A stretch of 64,000 bases of DNA from positions 32,001-96,000 of the IMG/VR virus record IMGVR_UViG_3300047548_001271; one strand, given 5' to 3'. This DNA comes from a virus. The notes under the pieces were generated by a model, which was given only the letters and a program-made list of their open reading frames with translations, did not search any database and was not told the DNA's origin. Numbering within the stretch: the first letter of the stretch is position 1; every line of letters starts with the position of its first letter. The translations under genes and the position numbers were made by a program. Positions 30,693 to 40,377 of the stretch are shown here, piece after piece.

Positions 30693-32263
30693 ATTAAAAA
30701 TATACTTTCAACTATAAATGATTTTCTTACAGGGTCTTTTATTTCTCCGCTGATAAGAACGAGTGCGTCTTCATATATTATATCTTTGTTTTGCCCGTAC
30801 AAGTCAGTGAAAATGACAACATTCTCTAATTGAGAAGATTCATCCTCTAAGGTAAGAAAGCACATTTCTTCACCCTTTTTAGTCTTATGCACTTTGATAC
30901 GTTTGATAATAGCGGCAATTGTTGACCTCGACATTTTACCATTAGCAATCTCTACGCATCTAGTATCGGCGTGTCCGGCCTCAGCAGAGGCAGTTAGCTC
31001 TGAATGGTAGATCGAACAACCCAGCAGCTTTTCTTCGATCTTTGCATACACAGAAGGATTATCCTTCAATGATCTTCCTGGATTATTCAATCTTGTGATG
31101 ATATCTTTGACTTTTAGAAGTCTCGCTGCCGTAGAAATAAATCCAACTTCGCCTCGCTTTTTCTTAACGCCTTTATCAACTAAAGACTGAATAATGTCGA
31201 TGATTGGCTTGCTCTTATCATAAGATAGTTTAATTGCTTCAACTTCATTGTCGTTTAGGTCATTTAGACATGAGAATTCATGCAGCATTTCAGATCTAGT
31301 TTTGCCAAAACCAGAAAATGTACCAACAGAAATCATGTTCTCTATTGCTTTTTTATTGATATTATACAAACCCTCAATTAATAGTTGAGACCATGTTGGT
31401 TTTGGATTCTCATCTAAAAACTTCTTTAAGTCATCATGGTGGGCTTGTCCGACATATTTTATATTGCAGACTCCAAATCTTATACAATTATATTTTGAAT
31501 CCCAAAAGAAATCGTCAGAAAGTCGAGTATAATGAGGCCCAGCAACTTCTAGGTCTTTTCCTTTAGTTGCCATAACAAGCTCTTTGACTTCTACGTCCGG
31601 ATCAACTTTGTCAGCAGCCAGTCTCAACCAGTTTACAAAGAATTTTTTAGGTCTATGATATTTAACATAAGCAGACCAATATGATAATGTAGCATAGCAC
31701 ACGCTGTGGCTAGCATTGAACGAATATCTATTGCTTTTTTCGATAATATCAAATACTTCTATAGCTTTTTCTTCTGTTATGTTATTTTTTACACAACCTT
31801 CTATAAAGCTAAGTCTAACCTTTGCCATCAGATCGGCTTTTTTCTTACCAATAGCTTTTCGCAAATCATCAGCTTGTTCTAGCGTGAATTTAGCCATAAC
31901 CTCTGCGATTTTCATTGACTGTTCTTGATATACAATAACCCCATAAGTCTTCTGAAGAATATGGTCTATTGATTCATGAAAGCTCGTGGGCTTCTCTAGG
32001 CCATGTTTTCTATCACAGTAGATCTGAGTCATTGACTTGCCACCCGCTGAGCTAGCCAAGCATCCTGGGCGTATTAGAGCGATTACGTCGGAAAGCTCCG
32101 AGATAGTTCTTGGTTTGATTTTTTTCACCCAACTCTTACCAAGATAGCTCTCAATCTGAAAACAACCTTTTACTTGTCCATCACAAATCATATCCCAAAC
32201 ATCTGGGTCGTTTAGATTACATGTCTGTATATTAAGATCGTCTTCAGCTAAAGCCTTAAACAT
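30689..32263 (-). CDS. dnaE: DNA polymerase III alpha, C-terminal fragment (fingers, HhH, OB)
   Basis: GCFQIES, ALIRPG, TYGVIVYQEQ, ADDLRKAIGKKK, YSFNASHSVCY, OB fold MCFLTLED. Confidence 0.92.
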   Translation of the reverse strand: MFKALAEDDLNIQTCNLNDPDVWDMICDGQVKGCFQIESYLGKSWVKKIKPRTISELSDVIALIRPGCLASSAGGKSMTQIYCDRKHGLEKPTSFHESIDHILQKTYGVIVYQEQSMKIAEVMAKFTLEQADDLRKAIGKKKADLMAKVRLSFIEGCVKNNITEEKAIEVFDIIEKSNRYSFNASHSVCYATLSYWSAYVKYHRPKKFFVNWLRLAADKVDPDVEVKELVMATKGKDLEVAGPHYTRLSDDFFWDSKYNCIRFGVCNIKYVGQAHHDDLKKFLDENPKPTWSQLLIEGLYNINKKAIENMISVGTFSGFGKTRSEMLHEFSCLNDLNDNEVEAIKLSYDKSKPIIDIIQSLVDKGVKKKRGEVGFISTAARLLKVKDIITRLNNPGRSLKDNPSVYAKIEEKLLGCSIYHSELTASAEAGHADTRCVEIANGKMSRSTIAAIIKRIKVHKTKKGEEMCFLTLEDESSQLENVVIFTDLYGQNKDIIYEDALVLISGEIKDPVRKSFIVESIFLI

Positions 32264-32948
32264 TAAAACAACCCTTAAAGTTTTCTTTGGATACTTTATT
32301 ACGAATGAATTTCATAGTTCTGCAAAACAATTCGGCGGTCATCATAACGTCGGACATAGCATCGTGTGCAGTTCCTTTAGAATAACCCATGTGACCTCTT
32401 ATTAAATTATCCGCACTTAGAGATGAAACTTCTTTATCATTCTCAAAAAAGCTAAACATGAATGGATACATATCAATTACATTGATTATGCTAAACAAAT
32501 CTTGTCTATTTTCTTTATTTGATGGTCCATATTTATAAGGTTCTTTACAGCAAATCCTTTCAACAATAGGCATGTCAAAATTTACAATATTATAACCAGT
32601 TGCAATTGGTGCTGTAAAATTGCTATTACCAGTATTGAACTGCTTACAATATTCAGTAAAATTTGACCATACCGACTCAAGAGATGGAGCATTTTCTAGC
32701 ATCTCTTTAGTCTTTCCATGTTTTTTAACAGCGTCATCTGTTAATGGATCAAGATTCAATTTTTTGCATTTTTCTTCATCAAAAATTGGACGGATCAATG
32801 ATTGAAATTCTGTTCCGTGCTTTATCTCTAATTTTCGGCCATGAATAACTACCGCAGCAATTTGAACTGGTTGTGTTGTCGCAGCAAACTTAGAAGTGGT
32901 TTCAAAGTCAAAACATATAAAATCTCTATAATTCATTAATCTCTCCAA
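32256..32948 (-). CDS. DEDDh 3'-5' exonuclease (DnaQ-like)
   Basis: DFET, GYNIVNFD, HDAMSD. Confidence 0.9.
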   Translation of the reverse strand: MERLMNYRDFICFDFETTSKFAATTQPVQIAAVVIHGRKLEIKHGTEFQSLIRPIFDEEKCKKLNLDPLTDDAVKKHGKTKEMLENAPSLESVWSNFTEYCKQFNTGNSNFTAPIATGYNIVNFDMPIVERICCKEPYKYGPSNKENRQDLFSIINVIDMYPFMFSFFENDKEVSSLSADNLIRGHMGYSKGTAHDAMSDVMMTAELFCRTMKFIRNKVSKENFKGCFNV

Positions 32949-33430
32949 TAATTTTCTACTTTAATTTTTTTAGACATTGCGTATTTAACTGTGTAAAATG
33001 TTCCACTTTCTTGTTCTAATGGATTAAGCAAAGCAAAAACCATATCACAGTTATCAACCATAGCTCTATCTCTTTCAGTGAAAGCGGATGGTTTATATTG
33101 ATCATGAAGAACTACAACTTTTTCAGCTTTACCTATTATTTGATTATACTTTTCTTTAGTTGATGTTGGCCAAGCTGATTCTTGACCTTTAAATGGTATA
33201 TAACAATGAATTGGTATTTCAAGTTCAATAGCGACTTCAGCTAGCCAAGTGTCAAATCCAATTGCCATACCTGTGATAATATGACTTATTTGCCCGCTGT
33301 TATAGCCAACATCTAAGTCACAATATAGTCTATTTTTTAGATTTTTCAACCATGGATGGTTATCATTATATTTACAAGGACAATATTTTGGTCTATGCCC
33401 AGTTCCTGCAATTCTATTCATAATCTCCAA
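32936..33430 (-). CDS. SLOG-superfamily protein (YspA/DUF1273-like)
   Basis: GTGHRP, TGMAIGFD, RDRAMVD, SGTFYTV. Confidence 0.85.
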   Translation of the reverse strand: MEIMNRIAGTGHRPKYCPCKYNDNHPWLKNLKNRLYCDLDVGYNSGQISHIITGMAIGFDTWLAEVAIELEIPIHCYIPFKGQESAWPTSTKEKYNQIIGKAEKVVVLHDQYKPSAFTERDRAMVDNCDMVFALLNPLEQESGTFYTVKYAMSKKIKVENYWRD

Positions 33431-34262
33431 TTCCTTCGCAAGTCATTTGTATTTTACTTAAAAGAGAAACGCCAAGAATATCAAATTTTGTGCATCCAAT
33501 AGCTTCAAGATCACCCATTTCCATTCCAGCAATTTTAGCATTTCCTCTAGCTTCTTTGATCATTGGGCAGACCTCATTTAGCAAATCTAATGAAATAACT
33601 ACACCAGCGGCGTGTTTACCTTGAGATTTGTATGTTCCTTCCAACCGTATAGCTTGTTCAAAATCTCTCGCATATTCACCTTTCAAAGATCCATCTTCGT
33701 CTATCCAACAATAATCAGACAACTCTTTAGGTGTGTTCTCAAGGGACCACATTAATATTGACGGCCTTTCCATATCTTTCAACTCATCGGAAATTTCAGC
33801 CTCGTCTGGTATATATTTTGTGATTTGGTTCATTTGTTCCGGAGAACATCTATCATTGACTCTTAGAACTTCTTTTAGGATCGATTTGCCTTGAAGCCGA
33901 CCAAACGTAATCATTTGACAAACTCTGTCCGAGCTATACTTATCTCGAAGATATTGAATAACATCTTCTCTAATTTCTGGTGGAAAGTCAACGTCAATGT
34001 CTGGTAAGGAGTAGTTTCCTTTTATAAACTTAACAGGTTTTGTCTTATCTAAATCATCGCATTTTCCACAAACCCATAACACATAACTATTTTTTGAATT
34101 TGATTTTACTTCGACATTTTCTATTATGTGCTTATAGTAGGCAAATCCATTTTTCATTTCTGATATGATATTACATTCTTCAATAAAGAACGGATTGTTC
34201 TCTACTTCTTCAAGTCTATTATCAATAGGTCTTAATCCGTTTTTACTCAATACTGAATTCAT
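33414..34262 (-). CDS. dnaE: DNA polymerase III alpha, middle fragment (catalytic palm, thumb)
   Basis: LPDIDVDF, GKHAAGVVIS, KFDILG (all three catalytic Asp). Confidence 0.92.
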   Translation of the reverse strand: MNSVLSKNGLRPIDNRLEEVENNPFFIEECNIISEMKNGFAYYKHIIENVEVKSNSKNSYVLWVCGKCDDLDKTKPVKFIKGNYSLPDIDVDFPPEIREDVIQYLRDKYSSDRVCQMITFGRLQGKSILKEVLRVNDRCSPEQMNQITKYIPDEAEISDELKDMERPSILMWSLENTPKELSDYCWIDEDGSLKGEYARDFEQAIRLEGTYKSQGKHAAGVVISLDLLNEVCPMIKEARGNAKIAGMEMGDLEAIGCTKFDILGVSLLSKIQMTCEGIGDYE

Positions 34263-34455
34263 CTATACTCTTTCTAATACTCTTTCTAGTTTCTATAATA
34301 ATATTATAAAATCCGTTTATCAACCAAGATTCTATATACACACCATTGAATTTAGTAAAGAGTGGCAAATCCCATGTTGTTTTCAATAAACCTTCTGATA
34401 TTTGACCCTCTAATTTATTAACTATATTTTTAATCATATTCTTTCTCAAAATCAT
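34243..34455 (-). CDS. small hypothetical protein
   Basis: ORF track; MIKNIVNKLEGQISE resembles start of 34490..34627. Confidence 0.5.
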   Translation of the reverse strand: MILRKNMIKNIVNKLEGQISEGLLKTTWDLPLFTKFNGVYIESWLINGFYNIIIETRKSIRKSIDEFSIE

Positions 34456-34489
34456 ATTTTTTACTAATAATCATTACAAGCATTCTTTA

Positions 34490-34627
34490 TTATTTCATAA
34501 ATATTACCAAATCTGTGCCTTGATAAAACCGCAAAATATGATCCATGTAAAATACATCGTTTGAGCTGATTATTTCAGCTTCTGAGATTTTATATTTTAA
34601 TTTATAAATTATATTTTTTAATATCAT
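34490..34627 (-). CDS. small hypothetical protein (45 aa, below ORF track cutoff)
   Basis: Manual translation MILKNIIYKLKYKISEAEII... Confidence 0.4.
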   Translation of the reverse strand: MILKNIIYKLKYKISEAEIISSNDVFYMDHILRFYQGTDLVIFMK

Positions 34628-34638
34628 TTGTTACAACT

Positions 34639-34842
34639 TTAATTAAAGTCTTTTGTGATTTGTTTAGCAATAAATGCTTTGGCATAAATCCCAATAAAGT
34701 TATTGATTCTATATTCATTACGGTTTTTAAGAGAAAATCGATAATAGTTTTCTAAATCGCTATTATTGATTTTGTATTTACCAAAAAAATAATATTCAAT
34801 TATACATTTAGTATAATAATTTAAATCAATTAATTTTTTCAT
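34639..34842 (-). CDS. small hypothetical protein
   Basis: Likely start MKKLIDL overlapping the end of the dnaE N-terminal fragment. Confidence 0.45.
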   Translation of the reverse strand: MKKLIDLNYYTKCIIEYYFFGKYKINNSDLENYYRFSLKNRNEYRINNFIGIYAKAFIAKQITKDFN

Positions 34843-36055
34843 TGTATTCGTACTCATCAAAACTAATCTTATCTCTTGAAAATCTACCACCATTAAAAAA
34901 TCGCTCAAAAAGTAAGCCGTATTCAATTGGATCAACTAGCGTAATCCCTAGTAGATAACAAACTAATGATCCGGCACCGCTGCCTCTTCCAGGTCCAATT
35001 AAATAACCTTTTGATCTAAAGTGGTTAACATAATCTTGTACAATTAAAAAGTAACCAGAAAGACCAGTGTTTGATATAACTCCAAGCTCATATAATACTC
35101 TATTTTTATATTCCTCTTGTTTTTCTGCTGGAATTTTATCTTTGATTAATTTTCTCCATCCAGAACGACAAAGCTCTTTTAGATATTCCTCTTGAGACAT
35201 TCCACTTGGGCAACTAAAGGAAGGAAGTTTTGGGTTTGACAAAATATTGAATTGTGTTATTTTACTAATTAAGTCTGAGAAATTATCTTCGTTAATTGAT
35301 CTAATATAGTAAGAACTATTTCGTATGAACATTAGCAAGTTTGTATTGTTGCTATTCTCTTTTTCTATTTTGTCTTGCAGTCTTTCAAGCGTTGTTTTTA
35401 GCTTAGAGCATAGAATAACTCTATGGTCTATCGAGTCACACCTTTTATTGTAAAAACTAGAAGAAAATGGTATTTTTTTTACATTAGTATTTATTAAGGC
35501 TTCTCTAAGAACTTTTATCGCTAAAAGCGTTGTTGAATCTTGATCATCAATTTCTATGTAATAGTCTTCGCCAAATATATTTTGCATTTCTTGTATTACA
35601 CTGCTAGGATCGGCGATATTGTAGGATTCAACATCTGCAAAGTCAATGGACTCTCCTAAGCAGTGACGAGCTAAGCGACTCCCTAAATAACCATCAACAC
35701 AAACGAAGTTTTGAGGATTTATTAGTGTAATAAGTTCTTCAAATGATATTTTTGCCCCTTTGTCATAATTATCCTCGTCATTACATCTTGATATAACAAC
35801 AAGTAAATTCTTCCAAGCATTAATATTTTTACAGAACAAACAGATAGACGACCCATCCTTTAACACTATCTCTGAGCCAATTATTGGTATTATTTCATTC
35901 TCTTTACAAGCTTTAAGGAATGATATGACGCCGCTGATTGAACCAATATCACAAATACCAGCATGTTTATATCCAAGCTCTTTACATCTCTTTACTATGT
36001 CTTTTGGCTTCTGAGTTGACAATAGTAATGAATAATGAGAATGATTTCTTAGCAT
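34826..36055 (-). CDS. dnaE: DNA polymerase III alpha, N-terminal fragment (PHP domain and start of palm)
   Basis: NHSHYSLL, PIIGSE, GYFLIVQD, GPGRGSGAGSLVCYLLGIT..DP...LLFERF. Confidence 0.92.
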   Translation of the reverse strand: MLRNHSHYSLLLSTQKPKDIVKRCKELGYKHAGICDIGSISGVISFLKACKENEIIPIIGSEIVLKDGSSICLFCKNINAWKNLLVVISRCNDEDNYDKGAKISFEELITLINPQNFVCVDGYLGSRLARHCLGESIDFADVESYNIADPSSVIQEMQNIFGEDYYIEIDDQDSTTLLAIKVLREALINTNVKKIPFSSSFYNKRCDSIDHRVILCSKLKTTLERLQDKIEKENSNNTNLLMFIRNSSYYIRSINEDNFSDLISKITQFNILSNPKLPSFSCPSGMSQEEYLKELCRSGWRKLIKDKIPAEKQEEYKNRVLYELGVISNTGLSGYFLIVQDYVNHFRSKGYLIGPGRGSGAGSLVCYLLGITLVDPIEYGLLFERFFNGGRFSRDKISFDEYEYNEKIN

Positions 36056-36056
36056 T

Positions 36057-37058
36057 TTAATCCTTCGCTATTCTTCCGCCGCCGTCTTGATATTTTGTAA
36101 TTTTCTTTAAGTCTGCGTATTTTTCTGTGACTTTTTTAATTCCATCTCTTTTTATTTCTTTGTGCATCGCTTGGCATATAGTATCTCCATTTTCTGTCAA
36201 TTCTGAAAAATTGCATAGCTTTGTACATTTGAAATCGGTGTTATTTGCAGAAACTTGCTTAGGTATTTGAACATTTTTTATGTATTCAAATTTTTGTCGA
36301 AGCATTGATTCAGCTTTTATATAATCAGATTCATCAAATGGCAAGTCAAAAACACCACCATCGTTAACATAAAAGATACTAGTATAAAATGAATACTCTG
36401 GATAAAGATTTTTGATCGCATAATAGTATAAAAGTAATTGAGGGTCTTTTTGAAAATCTTCATATTCTTTAATCTTTCCAGTTGCCCAGTCTTTTCTTTT
36501 CCCACTTTTGTAGTCTAATATCTGAAAGTATTTTTCATCCTCTTGTATGATTAGGTCAACTGTGCCTTTGATAGATAAATAACCAGATATTTTTTGTCCA
36601 TTAACTTCATAATCATACTTAGCCCAATCTTGTTTTATTTCTATATCAAAAAATTTTTCAGTAGCAAATACGTTTTGATTTCTTGGGTCGTACATTCCAT
36701 TTTTGTATAATATTGTCTTATATACCCAAGAAATACAAGTCTGCAAATCAGCTTCTGTTAAACCTAAATCTGGCTCTAGCTTGGAATAGTGTTCGAAAGC
36801 TAGCGTCGTAATATACTCGATATCATCGCACTGGGCAAATGTCAAATCCTCTAAATCGTCATTTTTTAGCTTTCTTTTTTTAGTTTTTTGTGCTAATTTT
36901 TTATCGGCTAGGATTTGTAAGGCTCGATGCATGATTGTTCCCATTGTCGCCTTTTTGTTTTGCTTGCCTTTAAAACCCAAAACATATGTGAAAAAATATT
37001 GCATTTCACACATACTAAGCGTGCCAATAGAACTAGATCTTAAATAACATATCATCAT
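36057..37058 (-). CDS. PD-(D/E)XK exonuclease, Cas4/AddB-like
   Basis: GTIMH, GTVDL, DYKSG, QLLLY; one N-terminal and three C-terminal Cys. Confidence 0.85.
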   Translation of the reverse strand: MMICYLRSSSIGTLSMCEMQYFFTYVLGFKGKQNKKATMGTIMHRALQILADKKLAQKTKKRKLKNDDLEDLTFAQCDDIEYITTLAFEHYSKLEPDLGLTEADLQTCISWVYKTILYKNGMYDPRNQNVFATEKFFDIEIKQDWAKYDYEVNGQKISGYLSIKGTVDLIIQEDEKYFQILDYKSGKRKDWATGKIKEYEDFQKDPQLLLYYYAIKNLYPEYSFYTSIFYVNDGGVFDLPFDESDYIKAESMLRQKFEYIKNVQIPKQVSANNTDFKCTKLCNFSELTENGDTICQAMHKEIKRDGIKKVTEKYADLKKITKYQDGGGRIAKD

Positions 37059-37064
37059 AGTATT

Positions 37065-37934
37065 TTACTTTATTGTTGTTGTGTATCTACCAGTATTTAT
37101 TTTTTGAGTTACTCCGAGCTTGATCATTAATTTCAAAAACTCAGAACATGATTCTTCTATAGATATATTTTGATTGTCAAGTATAAAGTCAAAGCCCTCA
37201 TATCCATCAAGCTCAACCTCGCTGATATGCGAGTCTTCTTTTACTGATCTTGTTAATCGTACAACTTTGCCGCCAGCAGCTTGAATGGCTTTGACTTCAT
37301 TTTCGAATCTACAATCACTAATTACTGCAATTGCCGACCCATCACTATTTATGCGATTTAAACAGTTGTTAATCCATATTGGCCCATATATTTTTCTCAT
37401 GATATTAGTGCCAAAGAACTGCATAAATTCACGAGCTGTCATTGGTCCAGGATCATGAAACGTCATTTTTGAAATCACATCTCTTACATTAGATCCATAG
37501 TGATTTTTCATAACAGCGTTATAAAATTCTGCATCAGTGATAACACCCGGCATATTTTCCCATAGCAAATGTTCTTGAATCTGATTCTTTTGTTCATCAG
37601 TTCCATAAACACATTCTAGTGGAATATTGAATAGGGAAACGCATAATTCTTTTAAAGAATCGGCAAAGCTATAACCTTTTATTAAAGGCCAGATTCTTCT
37701 ACTAGCAAAATCGTAAAAATTATCATTATTTTGATTTAAATCAAGAACACCCATTTGTTCAACTACATCGCCATTATCATCTGACACTGTGCAATTTACA
37801 ATCAAATCTCCAGTAGGAGAAATTTCAAATCTATCAATTATATCATGCCTTTTCATTTCATGGCCGTGTATAAAGTTTGATAATGTTGTTTTGCCACTTT
37901 GTTTGCGGCCAGATAAAGCAATAATTGTTGTCAT
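37065..37934 (-). CDS. deoxynucleoside monophosphate kinase
   Basis: SGRKQSGKT, FADSLK, REFMQFFGT, SDCRFENE, HISE. Confidence 0.9.
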   Translation of the reverse strand: MTTIIALSGRKQSGKTTLSNFIHGHEMKRHDIIDRFEISPTGDLIVNCTVSDDNGDVVEQMGVLDLNQNNDNFYDFASRRIWPLIKGYSFADSLKELCVSLFNIPLECVYGTDEQKNQIQEHLLWENMPGVITDAEFYNAVMKNHYGSNVRDVISKMTFHDPGPMTAREFMQFFGTNIMRKIYGPIWINNCLNRINSDGSAIAVISDCRFENEVKAIQAAGGKVVRLTRSVKEDSHISEVELDGYEGFDFILDNQNISIEESCSEFLKLMIKLGVTQKINTGRYTTTIK

Positions 37935-38977
37935 ATCATTCCTATTAATTTTGGTTTTATAAATTTGTTAACTTCTTCAACTGTCATTTCTCCAACATCT
38001 TTTTTTTGGAGTTCAATATCAATAATATTAAAAAATGAGGACAGTCTTTCTCTTATTTCTTGTCTACATTTTTTCCCAGCTTCATCATTATCCATAATTA
38101 CAATTAGATTTAACGCGCCAGTTCTCTGGAGCATAAATTCTTGAGAATCACTTAAATGACAGCCAAAAATACCGACACAGTTTTTAATGCCAGATTCCCA
38201 TAATCTTAGCACATCACCCTGTCCTTCGACAATGATAATCGAGCCACTTTTTTCAATAAAAGGTAAAGATTTTCCATAATTATAAAGGTGGTTTGATTTA
38301 TTAAATCCTTTTTTGTTAATCCATTTTGATTCTGAATTTGTTACTGTTCGGCCAACACAACCTACTAGATACTTGTCATCATCATCATAAATAGGAAAAA
38401 CAACCCTATTGTAAAAACTAGAACTTGGATCTAAGCATAGACCAATATCAAATTCATCCAATGTTTCTGGTTTAAATCCTCTATTTATATAGAATTGTGA
38501 AGGTATTTTAAGTCTCTTCCTGACATCTGCTTTTGTGAATTTTGTTTTTTCAGGTCTTTTCTGTTTACTCAGCAAATCTAAATAAGAATCTTTTTCATAT
38601 TTGAATGCCTTAGCCTTAACACCTTTCGTGAAACTTTCAAGAAATTTTATTGTTTCAACAAATGTGTGTTTCTTATTTAGTTTTTTATCAAGAAGTAAAT
38701 TAACTAGTGATACTATGTCATGACCTTTGTGTTTGTGACATTGTTTTGTGTTACAAAACCATAAACCATAATGACGACTATCCTCTTCGATATTAATATT
38801 CCATGCTGAAGGATTGTCACCGTTGTGAACTGGGCACGAACCAACTAAAATTTCATCTTGCTCAAAAAAATCATTATAACCAAAGTAATCTAAAAGATCA
38901 AAAATTCTCTTCATCGCCTTCATCTTCAGATTCAGAAGTGCTTGCGTTCGAGAATCCTTTTGATCTTGTTTTTTCAT
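37931..38977 (-). CDS. dnaG: DNA primase
   Basis: CPVH...C...C Zn finger, RVVFPI, VEGQGD, MDNDEAG TOPRIM. Confidence 0.92.
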   Translation of the reverse strand: MKKQDQKDSRTQALLNLKMKAMKRIFDLLDYFGYNDFFEQDEILVGSCPVHNGDNPSAWNINIEEDSRHYGLWFCNTKQCHKHKGHDIVSLVNLLLDKKLNKKHTFVETIKFLESFTKGVKAKAFKYEKDSYLDLLSKQKRPEKTKFTKADVRKRLKIPSQFYINRGFKPETLDEFDIGLCLDPSSSFYNRVVFPIYDDDDKYLVGCVGRTVTNSESKWINKKGFNKSNHLYNYGKSLPFIEKSGSIIIVEGQGDVLRLWESGIKNCVGIFGCHLSDSQEFMLQRTGALNLIVIMDNDEAGKKCRQEIRERLSSFFNIIDIELQKKDVGEMTVEEVNKFIKPKLIGMI

Positions 38978-40376
38978 TTTTCTTTATCTCTCTAATCAAA
39001 CCTATTTCTCTGATATTTGCTGTAGAGCCATCCATTTGCAAGCAGATGTAACCACCGTCATCAATTCCTGGCCCATGCCTAGCAACAAGCGGAATTAGCT
39101 TACGATTGCCATTTTGCAAGCCATCTTGAGCCCTCTCCTCGTCTGTCTTCGCCTTAAAGATGGAGAATGAGGTACAAAGCCAAATCAGACGGTCAGAGCC
39201 AGATACGGCGTCTGTAGATTCTTTAGTGATACCATCTCTATTAAGCTGGACAAATGATAAGCAAGCACAATCATTCTCAACACAAAAATTATGCAAGCTA
39301 GTTATTTGAAATCCTAACACTTGAAATTCTGCAAGGTTATTACTTATACTCTCAGAAGTCATTAACTTCAAATAATCATAAATAATTAGACAGTCTTTTA
39401 GTTTTCCATTCTCATCATATCCAACATGTTTCATTAGCCATCGCCTAGCAATTGACAATGTCTCTTCAAAAGGTTTTCCAGCAATGCTAATATAATGATA
39501 TGGTATTTTCTTTAGAACTTTTGCGGCGGCAACAACTTTATCTCTGTCCTCAAAGTTTTTTGCAAAACCACCATTCGCAATAGTATTGATTTCAACACCA
39601 CTTAAATTTGCGAGTAATCTATTCCAATGATCTTCAGTGCTCATTTCTGTGTCGAGCATTAACACTGGAATGTTTAATTTGCTAGAAATATGCAATGCAA
39701 TATTATCAGCAATGCAGCTTTTCCCAACTTTTGGTCGAGCGGATATTAGATCAACACACTTTCTTCTAAAACCTCCACCAATAGCAACATCATAAGATGG
39801 ATATCCACTAGGAATTCCTAATGATTTTCCTTTATTATTTTCTACGTGCTCAAGATATTCATCAATCGACTCGCCAATTTTCTTTGGTGCCGATTCATCC
39901 TCTTTAATATATGACAGACAAATATCTTCGATTGGTTTTTCAACTAAAGAAAGAATCTTGTTTATTGTCTCTTCACCGGAAGTCGCGTCTAATGCTCGAT
40001 AAATATCTCTTAACTTATTTTGAATTGTTCGAGAGAATTGCAGTCTTCGTATCTTTTGAGCGTGTTTTCTAACATTCTCTATTTTTATACTTGCTGATAA
40101 AATACCATTTAAATGCTTTAGATTTTCTTTTTCATTGATAAACTCGCCGAGAGATAAGGTTTGTGCTGATGATAATATTGTTGAAAAATCTATCTTTGCG
40201 TTGGTTTTAATTGCATGTTTTATACACGCAAATATTACACGATTCACTTCTAATGTGAATGTGCTCTCCTCAACCAAACCATCAACATCTAGCCATGCAT
40301 CTTCTCCAAACTGACAAACACCAGCAAGAACAGCTCTTTCAGAGGCAATGTTTTGCAAATTAGACTTTGATGTCAT
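38898..40376 (-). CDS. dnaB: replicative helicase
   Basis: SERAVL, ARPKVGKS, DTEM, YDYLKLM, QLNR, ARHGP; start placed at MTSK. Confidence 0.92.
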   Translation of the reverse strand: MTSKSNLQNIASERAVLAGVCQFGEDAWLDVDGLVEESTFTLEVNRVIFACIKHAIKTNAKIDFSTILSSAQTLSLGEFINEKENLKHLNGILSASIKIENVRKHAQKIRRLQFSRTIQNKLRDIYRALDATSGEETINKILSLVEKPIEDICLSYIKEDESAPKKIGESIDEYLEHVENNKGKSLGIPSGYPSYDVAIGGGFRRKCVDLISARPKVGKSCIADNIALHISSKLNIPVLMLDTEMSTEDHWNRLLANLSGVEINTIANGGFAKNFEDRDKVVAAAKVLKKIPYHYISIAGKPFEETLSIARRWLMKHVGYDENGKLKDCLIIYDYLKLMTSESISNNLAEFQVLGFQITSLHNFCVENDCACLSFVQLNRDGITKESTDAVSGSDRLIWLCTSFSIFKAKTDEERAQDGLQNGNRKLIPLVARHGPGIDDGGYICLQMDGSTANIREIGLIREIKKNEKTRSKGFSNASTSESEDEGDEENF

Positions 40377-40377
40377 A

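Noticed and set aside
33414-36055. Split inteins or a self-splicing intron joining the dnaE fragments
   Set aside because: No Cys/Ser-start N-intein after FERFFNGGR, no HN-C/S/T before SLPDID; the gap is very AT-rich, filled with small ORFs and shows no recognisable group I/II core
36057-37058. CRISPR-Cas system suggested by Cas4-like nuclease
   Set aside because: No repeat-spacer array or other cas genes seen; stand-alone Cas4-like exonucleases are common in phage replication modules
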